NCBI GenBank assembly: GCA_945885335.1
Contig: CAMCYY010000002.1
Span: 1-41,081, forward strand
Reading direction: 5' to 3'
Length of the DNA: 41,081 nt
Source: Bordetella parapertussis
GTDB taxonomy: Bacteria; Pseudomonadota; Gammaproteobacteria; Burkholderiales; SG8-39
The notes beneath the pieces were generated by a model that made no database searches, was not told the origin of the DNA, and was given only the letters and a program-made list of their open reading frames with translations. Position numbers and translations under genes: made by a program. Below are positions 26,694 to 36,592 of the stretch, in pieces. Position 1 is the stretch's first letter; the number at the start of each line of letters is the position of its first letter.

Positions 26694-27821
26694 TCAGGCC
26701 GGCGTCAGTGCCAGCGCACTTTCCAGTCGCTTGCGATGCAGCGACGGTGAACCCAGCGTGTGGTACAGCGAGCGCGACATCTTGGTGTGCAGCGTGAGGC
26801 CGTACTCGCGCAGCACGCCAATGCCGGCATGCACCTCATGGGCCATGTCGGTTGCGGTCATGTAGCTCTCCGAAGCCACGGACTTCGCCACGTGCACGCT
26901 GGCGGCGGCATCCATGCCGGTGTCGAGCTTCCACAGCGCTTCGTAGGTGGTCCAGCGCGCCGAGTCGAGCGCATTGACGGCGTAGATGAGGTGGTCCTGC
27001 ACGCGCGGGAAGCGGCCAATCACGGTGTTGAACTGCTTGCGCTCACCGGCATAGGCCAGCGACATGTCGTACACGCGCTTGCAGCCGCCGACCTTGTAGG
27101 CGCACAGCACCGGCACGGCGGCCAGCATGGCACGGTCCAGCGGCGCTGCCGCCTGGCCTGCGCCGCCGATGACGGAAGCACCCGACACCTTCACCTTGTC
27201 GAGCACGATTTCGCCCATGCCGACCATGAAACCCTTGAGCGGACGGATGGCAACGCCCTTGGCCTTGACATCAACGTGGAACAGGCTGAGTCCCTGGTCG
27301 CCTTCGATGCCTGCAACCACCAGCAGGTCGGTGGCGTATTCAGCATCTTCAACGAACAGCTTGGTGCCGGAGAGCACAAAGTCAGCGCCCTCCTTTTTTG
27401 CCTTCATGTGCACGTTCTCGGGTGCCCAGCCATAGCGCGCTTCAGTCATGGCCAGCGCAAACACGCGCTTGCCTTCGGCAATTCCAGGCAGCAACGCTTT
27501 TTTCTGCGCTTCACTGCCGGCCTCGAGGAGAATGCGCGCGCTCAATACCGCCGAGGTGAATAGCGGGCCAGGCACCGGGCCCATGCCCAGTTCCTCGAAC
27601 AGCACCGCCACATCGGTCATCGAATTGCCGCTGCCGCCGTAGGCTTCCGGGATGGCCATGCCGGTCCAGCCCATTTCCGACATTTCCTTCCAGTGCTTGC
27701 CCATGATTTCAACTGGATTGCGATCGATCTTGAGCAGGATGTCGCGCGAGCAGGAGGTGCTGACGTAGTCCTTCGCCGCGTTCTGGATGAGTTGCTGCGT
27801 TTCGTTCAGTGAAAAGTCCAT
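26694..27821 (-). CDS. Acyl-CoA dehydrogenase family protein (apparently lacks a catalytic Glu)
   Basis: ACAD N, middle and C-terminal domain order. The C-terminal HAGIGVLREYGL...LYHTLGSPSLHR aligns with HGGxGxxxEYP...IYEGTxEIQR. Confidence 0.85.
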   Translation of the reverse strand: MDFSLNETQQLIQNAAKDYVSTSCSRDILLKIDRNPVEIMGKHWKEMSEMGWTGMAIPEAYGGSGNSMTDVAVLFEELGMGPVPGPLFTSAVLSARILLEAGSEAQKKALLPGIAEGKRVFALAMTEARYGWAPENVHMKAKKEGADFVLSGTKLFVEDAEYATDLLVVAGIEGDQGLSLFHVDVKAKGVAIRPLKGFMVGMGEIVLDKVKVSGASVIGGAGQAAAPLDRAMLAAVPVLCAYKVGGCKRVYDMSLAYAGERKQFNTVIGRFPRVQDHLIYAVNALDSARWTTYEALWKLDTGMDAAASVHVAKSVASESYMTATDMAHEVHAGIGVLREYGLTLHTKMSRSLYHTLGSPSLHRKRLESALALTPA

Positions 27822-27831
27822 TGTTATCCCC

Positions 27832-29061
27832 TTATTTCAGCTTGCCGGCTTGTTCGCGCTCGCGGCCGCCCGTACCCATGCGCCGCGCCATGATGACCTT
27901 CTGGATGTCGGTCGTGGCCCCAGGATGCAGCGAGGTGATGGCATCGCGCTGGAAGTATTCGATCGCCGCCTTCAGCGGTGCCCAGCGTTCGTCCGTGGTC
28001 AGCGCGTAGGGGCCGGCAATCCGCAGCATTCTTTCCGAGATGTCCAGGCTGGAGAGCTTGCGGCGCAGGCTGTACTGCGGGCCTTCGTAGGTGCGCTGCT
28101 TGTGCGCATGCGACAGCCAGTGGTTGCGGAGCGCCCACAGGCGCGTGATCTCGGCTTCGATGTAGAGCTCGGCGATCTGCGCGCGTGCATCCGGATCATC
28201 GGCGATGCGATGGCCGTCATGCGACTCCTTGCAGAACTCGATGAATTCGTAGATCACGCGGCGGTCGTTCAAGCGGCCGGTGCCGCCATGCTCGACCTCA
28301 AGGTGGGTGGTGGCCACCTTCCAGCCATTATTCTCACCGCCGACGAGATTCTCGGCAGGCACGCGCACGTTGTCGAAGAACACCGCGTTCTTGCAGCCGC
28401 CGCCGGCGCCACCCTCACCGCCCGTGGCCAGAACGTCCATGGGCTGCACGGTGATGCCCGGCAGGTTCATCGGAATCATGAACCAGGACAGGTTCTTGTG
28501 ACGTTCGCCCTTGGGATCGGTGACTAGAATGGTCCAGGAGTATTCGGCGCCATGCGCGCTGCCCACCCACATCTTCTGGCCGTTGACGACGTAGTGGTCG
28601 CCATCACGGATCGCCGTCGTCTTGATGCCTGCAAGGTCGGAACCTGCGCCCGGCTCGGAGAGCAGTTGCCAGGTGCGGATATCGCCGCGAAAAAACATCG
28701 GCAGGAAGCGCTTCTTGTGTTCTTCAGTGCCCCACACCAGGATGGTGGGCGCGCCCATGCGTGCGCCGGAGTCGTAATAGGGCGGCAGGGCCGAGCCGAC
28801 GCTTGCCAGCTCCTCGCTCAGCACCATGACATTGTCAGCGGACATGTCAGAGCCGCCATATTCCTTTGGGAAGTTCGGGTAGAGCCAGCCTTTCTTGCCC
28901 AGGCGGCGGCCAAACTCGCGGCGCAATTCATATTGCTCGCGCGGCTGGTCGACAGGGTCAGTGTGGTGCTCCATGCCGTCGGGCATGTTCTTCTCAAGGA
29001 ATGTGCGCACCTCGGCGCGGAATGCCTTCTGTTCTGCAGTTTCTTCGATTGCGAAATCCAT
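27832..29061 (-). CDS. Acyl-CoA dehydrogenase family protein
   Basis: WQLLSEPGAGSDLAG, GQKMWV, RDAITSLHPGATTDIQK. ACAD fold; 10 nt upstream of the second ACAD gene. Confidence 0.85.
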   Translation of the reverse strand: MDFAIEETAEQKAFRAEVRTFLEKNMPDGMEHHTDPVDQPREQYELRREFGRRLGKKGWLYPNFPKEYGGSDMSADNVMVLSEELASVGSALPPYYDSGARMGAPTILVWGTEEHKKRFLPMFFRGDIRTWQLLSEPGAGSDLAGIKTTAIRDGDHYVVNGQKMWVGSAHGAEYSWTILVTDPKGERHKNLSWFMIPMNLPGITVQPMDVLATGGEGGAGGGCKNAVFFDNVRVPAENLVGGENNGWKVATTHLEVEHGGTGRLNDRRVIYEFIEFCKESHDGHRIADDPDARAQIAELYIEAEITRLWALRNHWLSHAHKQRTYEGPQYSLRRKLSSLDISERMLRIAGPYALTTDERWAPLKAAIEYFQRDAITSLHPGATTDIQKVIMARRMGTGGREREQAGKLK

Positions 29062-29372
29062 GTAACGACTCCTCGTTTTCAGGTTTTGGGTTTATCTTGC
29101 CGGCGCCAGCTGCGGTGATCGTGAACTGCGATCGGCGCGCCGGAGGCCGTCTGCTGCAGCCCTTGCCTATATTCGCCACCGTCATGACGGATTGGCCTCT
29201 CCTCTACCCGGATTCTAACCGGCCTGACGCCCGACCATGAAATCACGATGAAGGCTAATATTCGGCACGGATCCGAAGCTGCCGCGCCGCCACCCCAAAT
29301 CAGTACACAGCCAAAAACAACACGGCGGTCGCAACAGGAACAGCCCCTGGACCACAATAAAGGAGATCATCC

Positions 29373-30083
29373 ATGCCGCAACTCGTATTCATCCACGGCC
29401 CAGGTGCCGGTGCCTGCGCCGACTGCTTTCAATACCAGCTCCAACATTTCCCCGGTAGCCTGGCCCCCACCCTGCCGGGGCACCTGGAAGGGTCGCCCTG
29501 CCCGGACGTGAAGGCCTACACCGAATGGGTGCGCGGTTGGCTGTGGGCGCAGGGCAAGAAGAAAGACCTGGTGCTGTCGGGCTTCACGCTCGGGGCATCC
29601 ATCGCGCTGCAGTACGCGCTCGACTACCCGGACGAGGTGAAGGGCATTTTCATCATGACCGTAGCAATGCGCCCCAAGACACGGCCGCCGGGCGCCTACG
29701 ATTTGCGCGTGAAGGCCGCGCAGGACCCCAAGGTGTACGAGGAATGGGTGGCCTTCCAGGACCATGCCATGAAATTCGTTGAACCAGGACTGAAGAAAAA
29801 GCTCATGGAACGCCACCTGCAGATCGGGCCGCTGTCACAGTTGCACGACCTGAAAACCATCGACGCCTTCGATGTGCGCGACCGCATTGCCACGCTGAAA
29901 CCGAAGCTGCTGCTGCTGCGCGGCATCGACGATCCGAACAATCCGCCGGAGTACGAGAAGGAAATCCACGAGGCGGTGCCAGGCTCGAAGTACGTGAAGC
30001 TCTCCGGTGCGGGCCATTTTCCGCCAACGGAAAAGCCGGTCGAGGTAAATGCGATGATCGAGGAGTTTGTCGCCGGGCTTTAG
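29373..30083 (+). CDS. Alpha/beta-fold hydrolase-like protein with Thr at the nucleophile position (GFTLGA)
   Basis: LVFIHGPGAG, LVLSGFTLGASIAL, SGAGHFPPTEKP. Confidence 0.75.
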   Translation: MPQLVFIHGPGAGACADCFQYQLQHFPGSLAPTLPGHLEGSPCPDVKAYTEWVRGWLWAQGKKKDLVLSGFTLGASIALQYALDYPDEVKGIFIMTVAMRPKTRPPGAYDLRVKAAQDPKVYEEWVAFQDHAMKFVEPGLKKKLMERHLQIGPLSQLHDLKTIDAFDVRDRIATLKPKLLLLRGIDDPNNPPEYEKEIHEAVPGSKYVKLSGAGHFPPTEKPVEVNAMIEEFVAGL

Positions 30084-30105
30084 AACAGACCGGGGAAACC
30101 CGGCC

Positions 30106-30137
30106 AAAAAAAAGCCCCTCCGGAGAGGGGCTTTTTC
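30106..30137. terminator. Bidirectional rho-independent terminator between the hydrolase (+) and the pilin (-)
   Basis: AAAAAAAA-GCCCCTC-CGGA-GAGGGGC-TTTTT. Confidence 0.85.
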
Positions 30138-30152
30138 ATGCAGCGACCGGGT

Positions 30153-30569
30153 TTAGCGGCAGGTGGCGGGCATGTACTTGCCCGGGGTGCCTGCGCAAGA
30201 CCAGGTGATGGTGCCGGTCGAGGTGTTCGCGGTCGGGGTCACGGTCAGCGTGACGGCCTGGCCGGTGGATGTGCTGGCGGTGCTGCCGGTCACAACGATC
30301 AGGCCTGCATCGCTGACGCTAGCCGTGGCGATCTTGCCGACGACGTTGATGGTGACGCCGACGCCCATGGACGCAGTTGCGGCCGGATCGGACTGCAGCT
30401 TCTCGGCAATCGCGGTGCGTGCGCTGGAGGCGGCGAGGATCAACTCGGACACTTTGGCGCGGACGGTGTAGTCCTGGTACGCAGGCAATGCAACCGCTGC
30501 CAGGATGCCGATGATCGCAACGACGATCATCAGTTCGATCAGCGTAAAGCCCTTCTGGATGGTTCTCAT
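30153..30569 (-). CDS. pilA: Type IV major pilin (PilA-like, type IVa)
   Basis: [34 protein letters not shown] prepilin leader and N-methyl-Phe site. C-terminal disulfide loop C...C ([16 protein letters not shown]). RBS GGGAG. Confidence 0.93.
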   Translation of the reverse strand: MRTIQKGFTLIELMIVVAIIGILAAVALPAYQDYTVRAKVSELILAASSARTAIAEKLQSDPAATASMGVGVTINVVGKIATASVSDAGLIVVTGSTASTSTGQAVTLTVTPTANTSTGTITWSCAGTPGKYMPATCR

Positions 30570-30623
30570 ATGAATTAACTCCCAGTAGATTATCGGTACC
30601 GGATGACACCAATATGGGAGTAG

Positions 30624-30640
30624 ATGCAAGAAACGAGCCT
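30624..30640 (-). promoter_or_regulatory. Sigma54 (-24/-12) promoter upstream of pilA
   Basis: Minus strand AGGCTC-GTTTC-TTGCA versus consensus TGGCAC-N5-TTGCA. About 55 nt upstream of the pilA ATG. Confidence 0.6.
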
Positions 30641-30864
30641 CGGATCCACTGGCCACGGATGTTTTTAATCGCGAATGATTACAGTAGCTTGGGCCGACAT
30701 GCGGCATGCATGGGACGAAGGGCGAACGGCAACATCGCGGATTAAAGGCATTAAGTGACGCGATTGTGATGTCCCGTGTGACGTTGGTGGCGAGGTCACC
30801 GGGCCGAATGGGCTTTTCGCGTACAGTAGCGGGCATCCACCGTAATTTCGCCAAAGGCTCCGTC

Positions 30865-31134
30865 ATGAACGCTCCCGTCGCCAATCCCGCAGCAGCTCCC
30901 TCCTCCAGCACCTCGCTGGACCAGTTGATTTACATCGAACTCCTCGGCCGCGCTTTCCTGCGCGTGGAAAACAATGCCGTGATCAAGCCGGACCCTGCTG
31001 CACTGGCCAAGCTCAGCATGGAACTGGCAGAAGTGTTCCGCAAAGCAGAAGTCGCGCGACTGGCCGATCTGGGGCCGAAAAACGTCGGCTATGAGGTGAA
31101 ACTCGACGACATCACGAACTGGGAAAAGAAGTAG
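30865..31134 (+). CDS. Hypothetical small protein (89 aa)
   Basis: Internal ATG of the track ORF 30706..31134. No recognisable domain. Confidence 0.4.
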   Translation: MNAPVANPAAAPSSSTSLDQLIYIELLGRAFLRVENNAVIKPDPAALAKLSMELAEVFRKAEVARLADLGPKNVGYEVKLDDITNWEKK

Positions 31135-31328
31135 TGCAAAAACAGGTATTTCCAGCAAAAGGGTGCGTTGCAACAAAAAGCGACGTGCCGGCCAAATCTG
31201 TATATACTCCGCGCCAAGGTTTGCGATACGCATCATCCGGTTAGCGTTCCAGCCTCTTCGCGGTTGCTCTGTTTTATCAGTCTGCTCCCCGAATTCCCTT
31301 AAGTAGTAATTCATCTGCCTGAACCGGT

Positions 31329-33065
31329 TTGGAAAGTCCTTCAATGGGTTTTCACAGGCCGATACCTCAGGAGATTGTCATTACTCAGTCGTCAAAGACC
31401 GAGGGCACTGTGCCCTCAAGCCCCGTTATTGCTGTTTCCAACGCAGTAATCCCGAACACCGTAGCCACCGCCGCCGGCTTTGCCAACCTCGGCCTGTCGG
31501 CAGAACTGCTGCGCGCCGTTGCCGAGCAGGGCTACACCGACCCGACCCCGATCCAGGCCCAGGCCATTCCCGTGGTGATGGCAGGCCGCGACCTGCTGGG
31601 CGCCGCGCAAACCGGCACCGGCAAGACCGCCGGCTTCACGCTGCCCCTGCTGTTCCGCCTCGGCGAAAAAGCCAGCAACGCACCGCGCCGCCCCGTGCGT
31701 GCGCTCATCCTGGTACCCACGCGCGAGTTGTGCGCGCAGGTGCAGGACAGCGTCAAGAACTACGGCCGCCACATGAAAATGACCTCGACCACCATTTACG
31801 GCGGCGTTGGTTTCCATCCCCAGGTACAGGCCCTGCGCCGCGGCGTGGACATCGTGGTCGCAACACCCGGCCGCCTGCTTGATCACGTGCAGCAGCGCAC
31901 CATTGATCTGCGCAATATCGAGATCCTGGTGCTGGACGAAGCCGACCGCATGCTCGACATGGGCTTCATCCATGACATCCGCCGCATCGTCGCGCTGCTG
32001 CCGAAAGAGCGCCAGACGCTGATGTTCTCGGCCACGTTCTCCGACGAAATCCGCCAGCTCTCCGCCGCCTTCCTGCGCGACCCGGCGCTGGTGGAAGTCG
32101 CGCGCCGCAATGCGCCGATCGAACTGGTCACGCAGATTGTGCATCCGGTGGACAAGGACAAGAAGCGCGCCCTGCTGGCGCATCTGGTCAAGACGCATAG
32201 CTGGCAGCAGGTGCTGGTGTTCTGCAAGACCAAGCATGGCGCGAACCGCCTCGCCGAGCAGCTCACCGACGACGGTATTGATTCTGACGCCATCCATGGC
32301 AACAAAAGCCAGCCGCAGCGCATGAAGGCACTGAAGCGCTTCAAGGACTGCCAGGTGCAGGTGCTGGTCGCCACCGACATCGCGGCGCGCGGCATCGACA
32401 TTGATGCCCTGCCGCATGTGGTGAACTACGACCTGCCGAACGTGGCGGAAGATTACGTGCATCGCATCGGCCGTACCGGCCGTGCCGGCGCATCCGGCGA
32501 TGCAGTGTCGCTGGTGTGCGGTGAAGACCGCTCGCTGCTCAGCGCAATCGAGCGCCTGATCGGCAAGCGCATCGACCAGCAGGTTGTCCCCGGTTTCGAA
32601 CCGACACAGAGCTTCCGCGCATCAGCCGAGAAAAAGCGCGGCGCGCCGTCACGTGGTGGTCAGCCTTCGCGTAACAATTCGTCCCGCGACAGCCAGCCGC
32701 GCAGCGGCCAGCCTGCACGTGGCGGACGGCCCGGTGGCCAGCCTCAGGCGGCTCGCCGCAGTGGACAGGGTGCCGGCAATGGTGGTGGATATGCAGGCCG
32801 TGGCAGCGACCGCAATGGCGGTGGTGGCGGTGGTGGCAACGGCGGCAGCCGCAGTGGTGAATGGAGCAACAGCCGCTCAGCGCCTGGTGCTGCCCGCAGG
32901 GGCGCGCCGGCTTCAGGCGGCAATGCCGCACCGTTGACCTCATGGGAAGCGGAACGCGAAGCGCAGCGCAAGCACTTCGGCCAGGAAGCGCAGAAAACCG
33001 ACGACCGCTCCGGCGGCAAGCGCGTCATGGATGCCGTGACCAGCCTGCTGCGCAAAGTGGCCTGA
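31329..33065 (+). CDS. rhlE: DEAD-box ATP-dependent RNA helicase (RhlE-like) with an RG/G-rich C-terminal tail
   Basis: Q-motif (GYTDPTPIQ), [36 protein letters not shown]. Start codon uncertain (31329-31400). Confidence 0.92.
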   Translation: MESPSMGFHRPIPQEIVITQSSKTEGTVPSSPVIAVSNAVIPNTVATAAGFANLGLSAELLRAVAEQGYTDPTPIQAQAIPVVMAGRDLLGAAQTGTGKTAGFTLPLLFRLGEKASNAPRRPVRALILVPTRELCAQVQDSVKNYGRHMKMTSTTIYGGVGFHPQVQALRRGVDIVVATPGRLLDHVQQRTIDLRNIEILVLDEADRMLDMGFIHDIRRIVALLPKERQTLMFSATFSDEIRQLSAAFLRDPALVEVARRNAPIELVTQIVHPVDKDKKRALLAHLVKTHSWQQVLVFCKTKHGANRLAEQLTDDGIDSDAIHGNKSQPQRMKALKRFKDCQVQVLVATDIAARGIDIDALPHVVNYDLPNVAEDYVHRIGRTGRAGASGDAVSLVCGEDRSLLSAIERLIGKRIDQQVVPGFEPTQSFRASAEKKRGAPSRGGQPSRNNSSRDSQPRSGQPARGGRPGGQPQAARRSGQGAGNGGGYAGRGSDRNGGGGGGGNGGSRSGEWSNSRSAPGAARRGAPASGGNAAPLTSWEAEREAQRKHFGQEAQKTDDRSGGKRVMDAVTSLLRKVA

Positions 33066-33151
33066 GCACCGGCAGCTTTCAGACCATTGTGATCAATATG
33101 GATTTAAAGTCGGCTTTTTAAAAGCACTTAAAAACAAATTGTAATCACTAT

Positions 33152-33188
33152 AAAAAGGCCGTTTCAGCCCTGCTGAAACGGCCTTTTT
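33152..33188 (+). terminator. Rho-independent terminator of rhlE
   Basis: GGCCGTTTCAG-CCCTG-CTGAAACGGCC (11-bp stem) followed by TTTTT. Confidence 0.85.
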
Positions 33189-33244
33189 GCTTGTTCGCGG
33201 CCTTTCGCCACAGCGCAAACATCCTCCTCCGGAATACCCCTGCT

Positions 33245-33273
33245 TTGACAATACTTGCTTAGGCAAGTAAATT
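33245..33273 (+). promoter_or_regulatory. Sigma70 promoter (TTGACA-17 bp-TAAATT) with an embedded MarR-type operator palindrome
   Basis: TACTTGC-TTAG-GCAAGTA (33252..33269), a perfect 7-bp inverted repeat, fills the spacer and overlaps the -10, upstream of marR. Confidence 0.65.
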
Positions 33274-33299
33274 GACTGGGCGTTGATCCAGCTTCCTGC

Positions 33300-33776
33300 A
33301 TGCCCCCCGATGGTACGTTCGATGGTGCACCCTTGACCGGCATTTACGATCCGAAAACCTTCCAGCCGCGCGAAGCCGCGGGGTTTTTCATTGCGCGTGC
33401 GCGAAAGACGTACATCCTGGCGCTGGAGCAGGAACTGGCACCCTACGACATCAGTTCCTCGCAGTGGGCGATCATCCTCAACCTCGCCGATGGCAATGCC
33501 AGCACCGCCGGCGATCTGTGCAAGCTGATGCGCTACGACCCGGGCGGCATGACGCGCCTGATCGACCGCCTGGAGAAAAAGGGGTTTCTGCGCCGCGTGC
33601 GCACGCCGGATGACCGGCGCAGCATCCAATTGGAACTCACGGCATCGGGCAAGGCACTGCGGCCTAAGATTATTCATGCCCAGGTGCGCGTGCTCAACCG
33701 CCTGCTGGAGGGTTTCACGCAAAAGGAAGTAAAACAGTTGCAGGACCTGCTCGGCCGGATGAGTGCCAATGGCTGA
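33300..33776 (+). CDS. MarR-family transcriptional repressor (EmrR-like)
   Basis: Winged-helix core SSSQWAIILNLADGNASTAGDLCKLMRYDPGGMTRLIDRLEKKGFLRRVRTPDDRRS. Confidence 0.9.
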   Translation: MPPDGTFDGAPLTGIYDPKTFQPREAAGFFIARARKTYILALEQELAPYDISSSQWAIILNLADGNASTAGDLCKLMRYDPGGMTRLIDRLEKKGFLRRVRTPDDRRSIQLELTASGKALRPKIIHAQVRVLNRLLEGFTQKEVKQLQDLLGRMSANG

Positions 33777-35283
33777 TAACGCCCTGCGGGCCTCCACCCT
33801 GCGCGCGCCTGGTCTACGTGCGCTTGCGGCGGCACTATCCGCTGCCTTCATGGCCGGCTGCATCAACTTCGAAGGCATCGAACCACAATCGAAGCGCAAT
33901 GACCCGGCATCACTCGCCGCGTCGCAATCACTGGCCGGCGCGCGATTGTCGCCGGCGGCATGGCCCGGCCGGGCCTGGTGGCGGGCACTGGGTGACCCAC
34001 AGCTCGACACGCTGATCGAAGAGGCACTCAAGGACAGCCCCTCGCTGCAAATCGCGCGCACCCGCGTGGAAATTATCGCCGCCACCGCCGCGATTGCCGA
34101 TTCGCGCCTGGGCATCACCAGCACCGTTGGCGCGAATGTCACACGCCAGCGCGCCTCGGCGCGCGGCGCCAGCTCATCCAACCTCGCCGGCCGCGAAATC
34201 ACCGTGCATCACCTGTCGTTCGACTTCAGCCATGAGCTGGACTTCTGGGACCGCAACCGCCACGCGCTGGACGCGGAGCTCGGCCGTCTGAAGGCGGCAG
34301 AGGCCGATGTGCATGCCGCGCGACTGGCGCTGTCTGCGACGGTGGCGCGCGTCTACGTGCAACTGGCACTGCAATTCGACCTGCTCGGCATCGAGAAGAC
34401 TTCGCTGGTGCAGCATGAAACCATGCTTTCGCTGGCGCGCGCGCGCCTGGCCAGCGGCCTCGACACGGCCATCGACGCCAAGCGCTCGGAAGCGGAAATC
34501 CCCGCGGCGCGCGCGCGCATCCTGCGCGTCGAGGAGGCCATTACGCTGACGCGCCACCAGCTTGCCGCGCTGCTGGGCAAAGGACCGGACCGCGGCCTGG
34601 CGATCCAGGCGCCGCGCCTGCAGAACCTGGCTGATGCCATGCTGCCCTCGGCCCTGCCCGCCGATCTGGTGGGGCGCCGCGCCGATGTCATCGCCAGCCG
34701 CTGGCGCGTGGAGGCTGCGCAACAGGACATCGACACGGCGAAGGCCGATTTCTATCCGAACATCAATCTTGCCGCCTACGTCGGCCTGCAAAGCCTGGGC
34801 CTGGCCACCCTGCTCAGCTCCGGCAGCCATCTGTACGGCTTCGGACCCGCGGTGCGCCTGCCGCTGTTTGGCAGCACGCGCCTCAAGGGCACGCTCGCCA
34901 TACGCGATGCCGACTACGACGCGAACGTGGAGCGCTACAACGCGCTGATCGTCGAAGCCCTGCGCGAAGTCGTGGGTGAAGTGACTGCACTGCGCTCCAT
35001 CGACGCGCAGCGCGGCGAGAACGAACTGGGGCTTGCCGCGGCGGATGAGGCCTATCGCATGACCCTGGCGCGCTACAGGAGCGGGCTGATCAACCGCCTT
35101 GCGCTGCTGGCCGCAGAAATGCAGTTGCTCGAATACCGCACGCAACTGGCAGCGCTGCGCGCGCGCCGCTTCGATGCATCCATCAAGCTGGTTCAGGCGC
35201 TGGGCGGCGGATTTGACGAAACAGATCTGGCGCAAGCGACGCCGGTGATACAAAAAAAGCAGCAAAAGGGAGAAGGGCAATGA
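33763..35283 (+). CDS. Outer-membrane efflux lipoprotein (NodT/OprM family)
   Basis: Lipobox AFMAGC. Duplicated OEP repeats; C-terminal LVQALGGG motif. Confidence 0.9.
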   Translation: MPMADNALRASTLRAPGLRALAAALSAAFMAGCINFEGIEPQSKRNDPASLAASQSLAGARLSPAAWPGRAWWRALGDPQLDTLIEEALKDSPSLQIARTRVEIIAATAAIADSRLGITSTVGANVTRQRASARGASSSNLAGREITVHHLSFDFSHELDFWDRNRHALDAELGRLKAAEADVHAARLALSATVARVYVQLALQFDLLGIEKTSLVQHETMLSLARARLASGLDTAIDAKRSEAEIPAARARILRVEEAITLTRHQLAALLGKGPDRGLAIQAPRLQNLADAMLPSALPADLVGRRADVIASRWRVEAAQQDIDTAKADFYPNINLAAYVGLQSLGLATLLSSGSHLYGFGPAVRLPLFGSTRLKGTLAIRDADYDANVERYNALIVEALREVVGEVTALRSIDAQRGENELGLAAADEAYRMTLARYRSGLINRLALLAAEMQLLEYRTQLAALRARRFDASIKLVQALGGGFDETDLAQATPVIQKKQQKGEGQ

Positions 35284-36545
35284 GCGCAGTAGAAGCAAAG
35301 CCCGCCGCATCGGACAAGACGGCATCGGCGGAAACGGGGCACGCAGGACAATTCGTCAATGGCCGGCGCAAGCGCCTGGTCGGCGGCGTGCTGCTCGTGT
35401 TCCTGCTGGCCGGCGCCGGCTATGGCGTATGGTGGCATTTCATCGGCCGCTACACCGAATTCACCGATGATGCCTATGTGGTCGGCCACATCGTACAGGT
35501 CACACCGCAGGTGGCCGGCAGCGTGACTGCCGTCACTGCCGAAGACACCGAGTTCGTGAAGGCCGGCCAGACCCTGGTCGAACTGGACAAGGCGGAATCC
35601 CGCGTGGCGCTGGACAGTGCCGAGGCCCAGCTGGCGCGCACCGTGCGCGAGGTGCGCAATCTGATGGCCTCGACCGCCGGGCTCGAAGCGGCCATCACGC
35701 AACGGCGCACGGAACTGGCCAAGGCGCGCGAGGACCTGGTGCGACGCGAACGCATCACCGAAAGCGGCGCGGTATCCGCGGAAGAAATCGGCCATGCCCG
35801 CGATGCGCTGGCCGGCGCGCAGGCAGCGCTCGTGACGACCGAACAGGCGCTCGCCGCCCATCGCACGCTGATCGACCGCACCAGTGTGGCCAGCCATCCA
35901 AACGTGCTGGCCGCCGCCGCGCGCGTACGCGAGGTCTATCTGTCCTATGCGCGCACCTCGCTGCCGGCGCCGGTGTCGGGCTATGTCGCCAAACGCAACG
36001 TGCAGGTCGGGCAGCGCGTGGCGCCGGGCGCCGCGCTGATGACGGTAGTGCCGCTGGAACAGGTGTGGGTGGATGCGAACTTCAAGGAAAGACAGCTCAC
36101 ATCGCTGCGCATCGGACAACCGGTGAAACTCAGGGCCGACCTGTACGGCAGCGACGTCGAGTATCACGGCAGGGTGGCCGGCTTCAGCGCCGGTACCGGC
36201 AGCGCCTTTGCCCTGCTGCCGCCGCAGAATGCCTCGGGCAACTGGATCAAGATCGTGCAGCGCGTGCCGGTGCGCATTGCGCTCGACCCCGCGGAACTTG
36301 CCGCACATCCGCTGCAACTCGGCCTGTCCATGCACGTCGAGGTCGACACCCACCAGCGCGACGGCGAGCGGCTGCCGAAGACCGGTCGCAAGCAGGACGG
36401 GACGGCGCCGGACTCCACGGGCTCAACGGCGGCATCGCCGATGGATACGCTGGCCGCACAGCGCGTCGCCGCCATCATTGCCGCTCATGGTGGCGTGGAT
36501 GGCACCGCAACTGCAACGCCGCCCGCGGAACAGGGCAAACGCTGA
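35280..36545 (+). CDS. emrA: HlyD/EmrA-family membrane fusion protein
   Basis: TM anchor, TDDAYVVGHIVQVTPQVAGSV, coiled coil, NWIKIVQRVPVRI. The ATGA overlap with the OMF stop suggests coupling. Confidence 0.9.
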   Translation: MSAVEAKPAASDKTASAETGHAGQFVNGRRKRLVGGVLLVFLLAGAGYGVWWHFIGRYTEFTDDAYVVGHIVQVTPQVAGSVTAVTAEDTEFVKAGQTLVELDKAESRVALDSAEAQLARTVREVRNLMASTAGLEAAITQRRTELAKAREDLVRRERITESGAVSAEEIGHARDALAGAQAALVTTEQALAAHRTLIDRTSVASHPNVLAAAARVREVYLSYARTSLPAPVSGYVAKRNVQVGQRVAPGAALMTVVPLEQVWVDANFKERQLTSLRIGQPVKLRADLYGSDVEYHGRVAGFSAGTGSAFALLPPQNASGNWIKIVQRVPVRIALDPAELAAHPLQLGLSMHVEVDTHQRDGERLPKTGRKQDGTAPDSTGSTAASPMDTLAAQRVAAIIAAHGGVDGTATATPPAEQGKR

Positions 36546-36592
36546 ATGTCGCTGTCCCGGAATGCGGTGATGGTCATGCAGAGTGACTGCGC

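Noticed and set aside
30570-30911. N-terminal extension of the pilin ORF (252 aa in the track)
   Set aside because: Type IV prepilins have a short leader ending in G|F. The [12 protein letters not shown] start at 30569 has an RBS, and the extension would run through the sigma54 promoter.
32640-32900. Repetitive-looking Gly/Arg/Asn/Ser-rich stretch at the end of rhlE
   Set aside because: This is the low-complexity RG/G-rich C-terminal tail usual for RhlE-type DEAD-box helicases. It is not a DNA repeat element or a separate feature.
33093-36353. Long minus-strand ORFs (33093..34202, 34174..35325, 35193..36353) opposite marR, the OMF gene and emrA
   Set aside because: They are antisense to genes with clear family motifs and operon logic. 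Their translations are Arg/Ala/His-rich with no recognisable domains.
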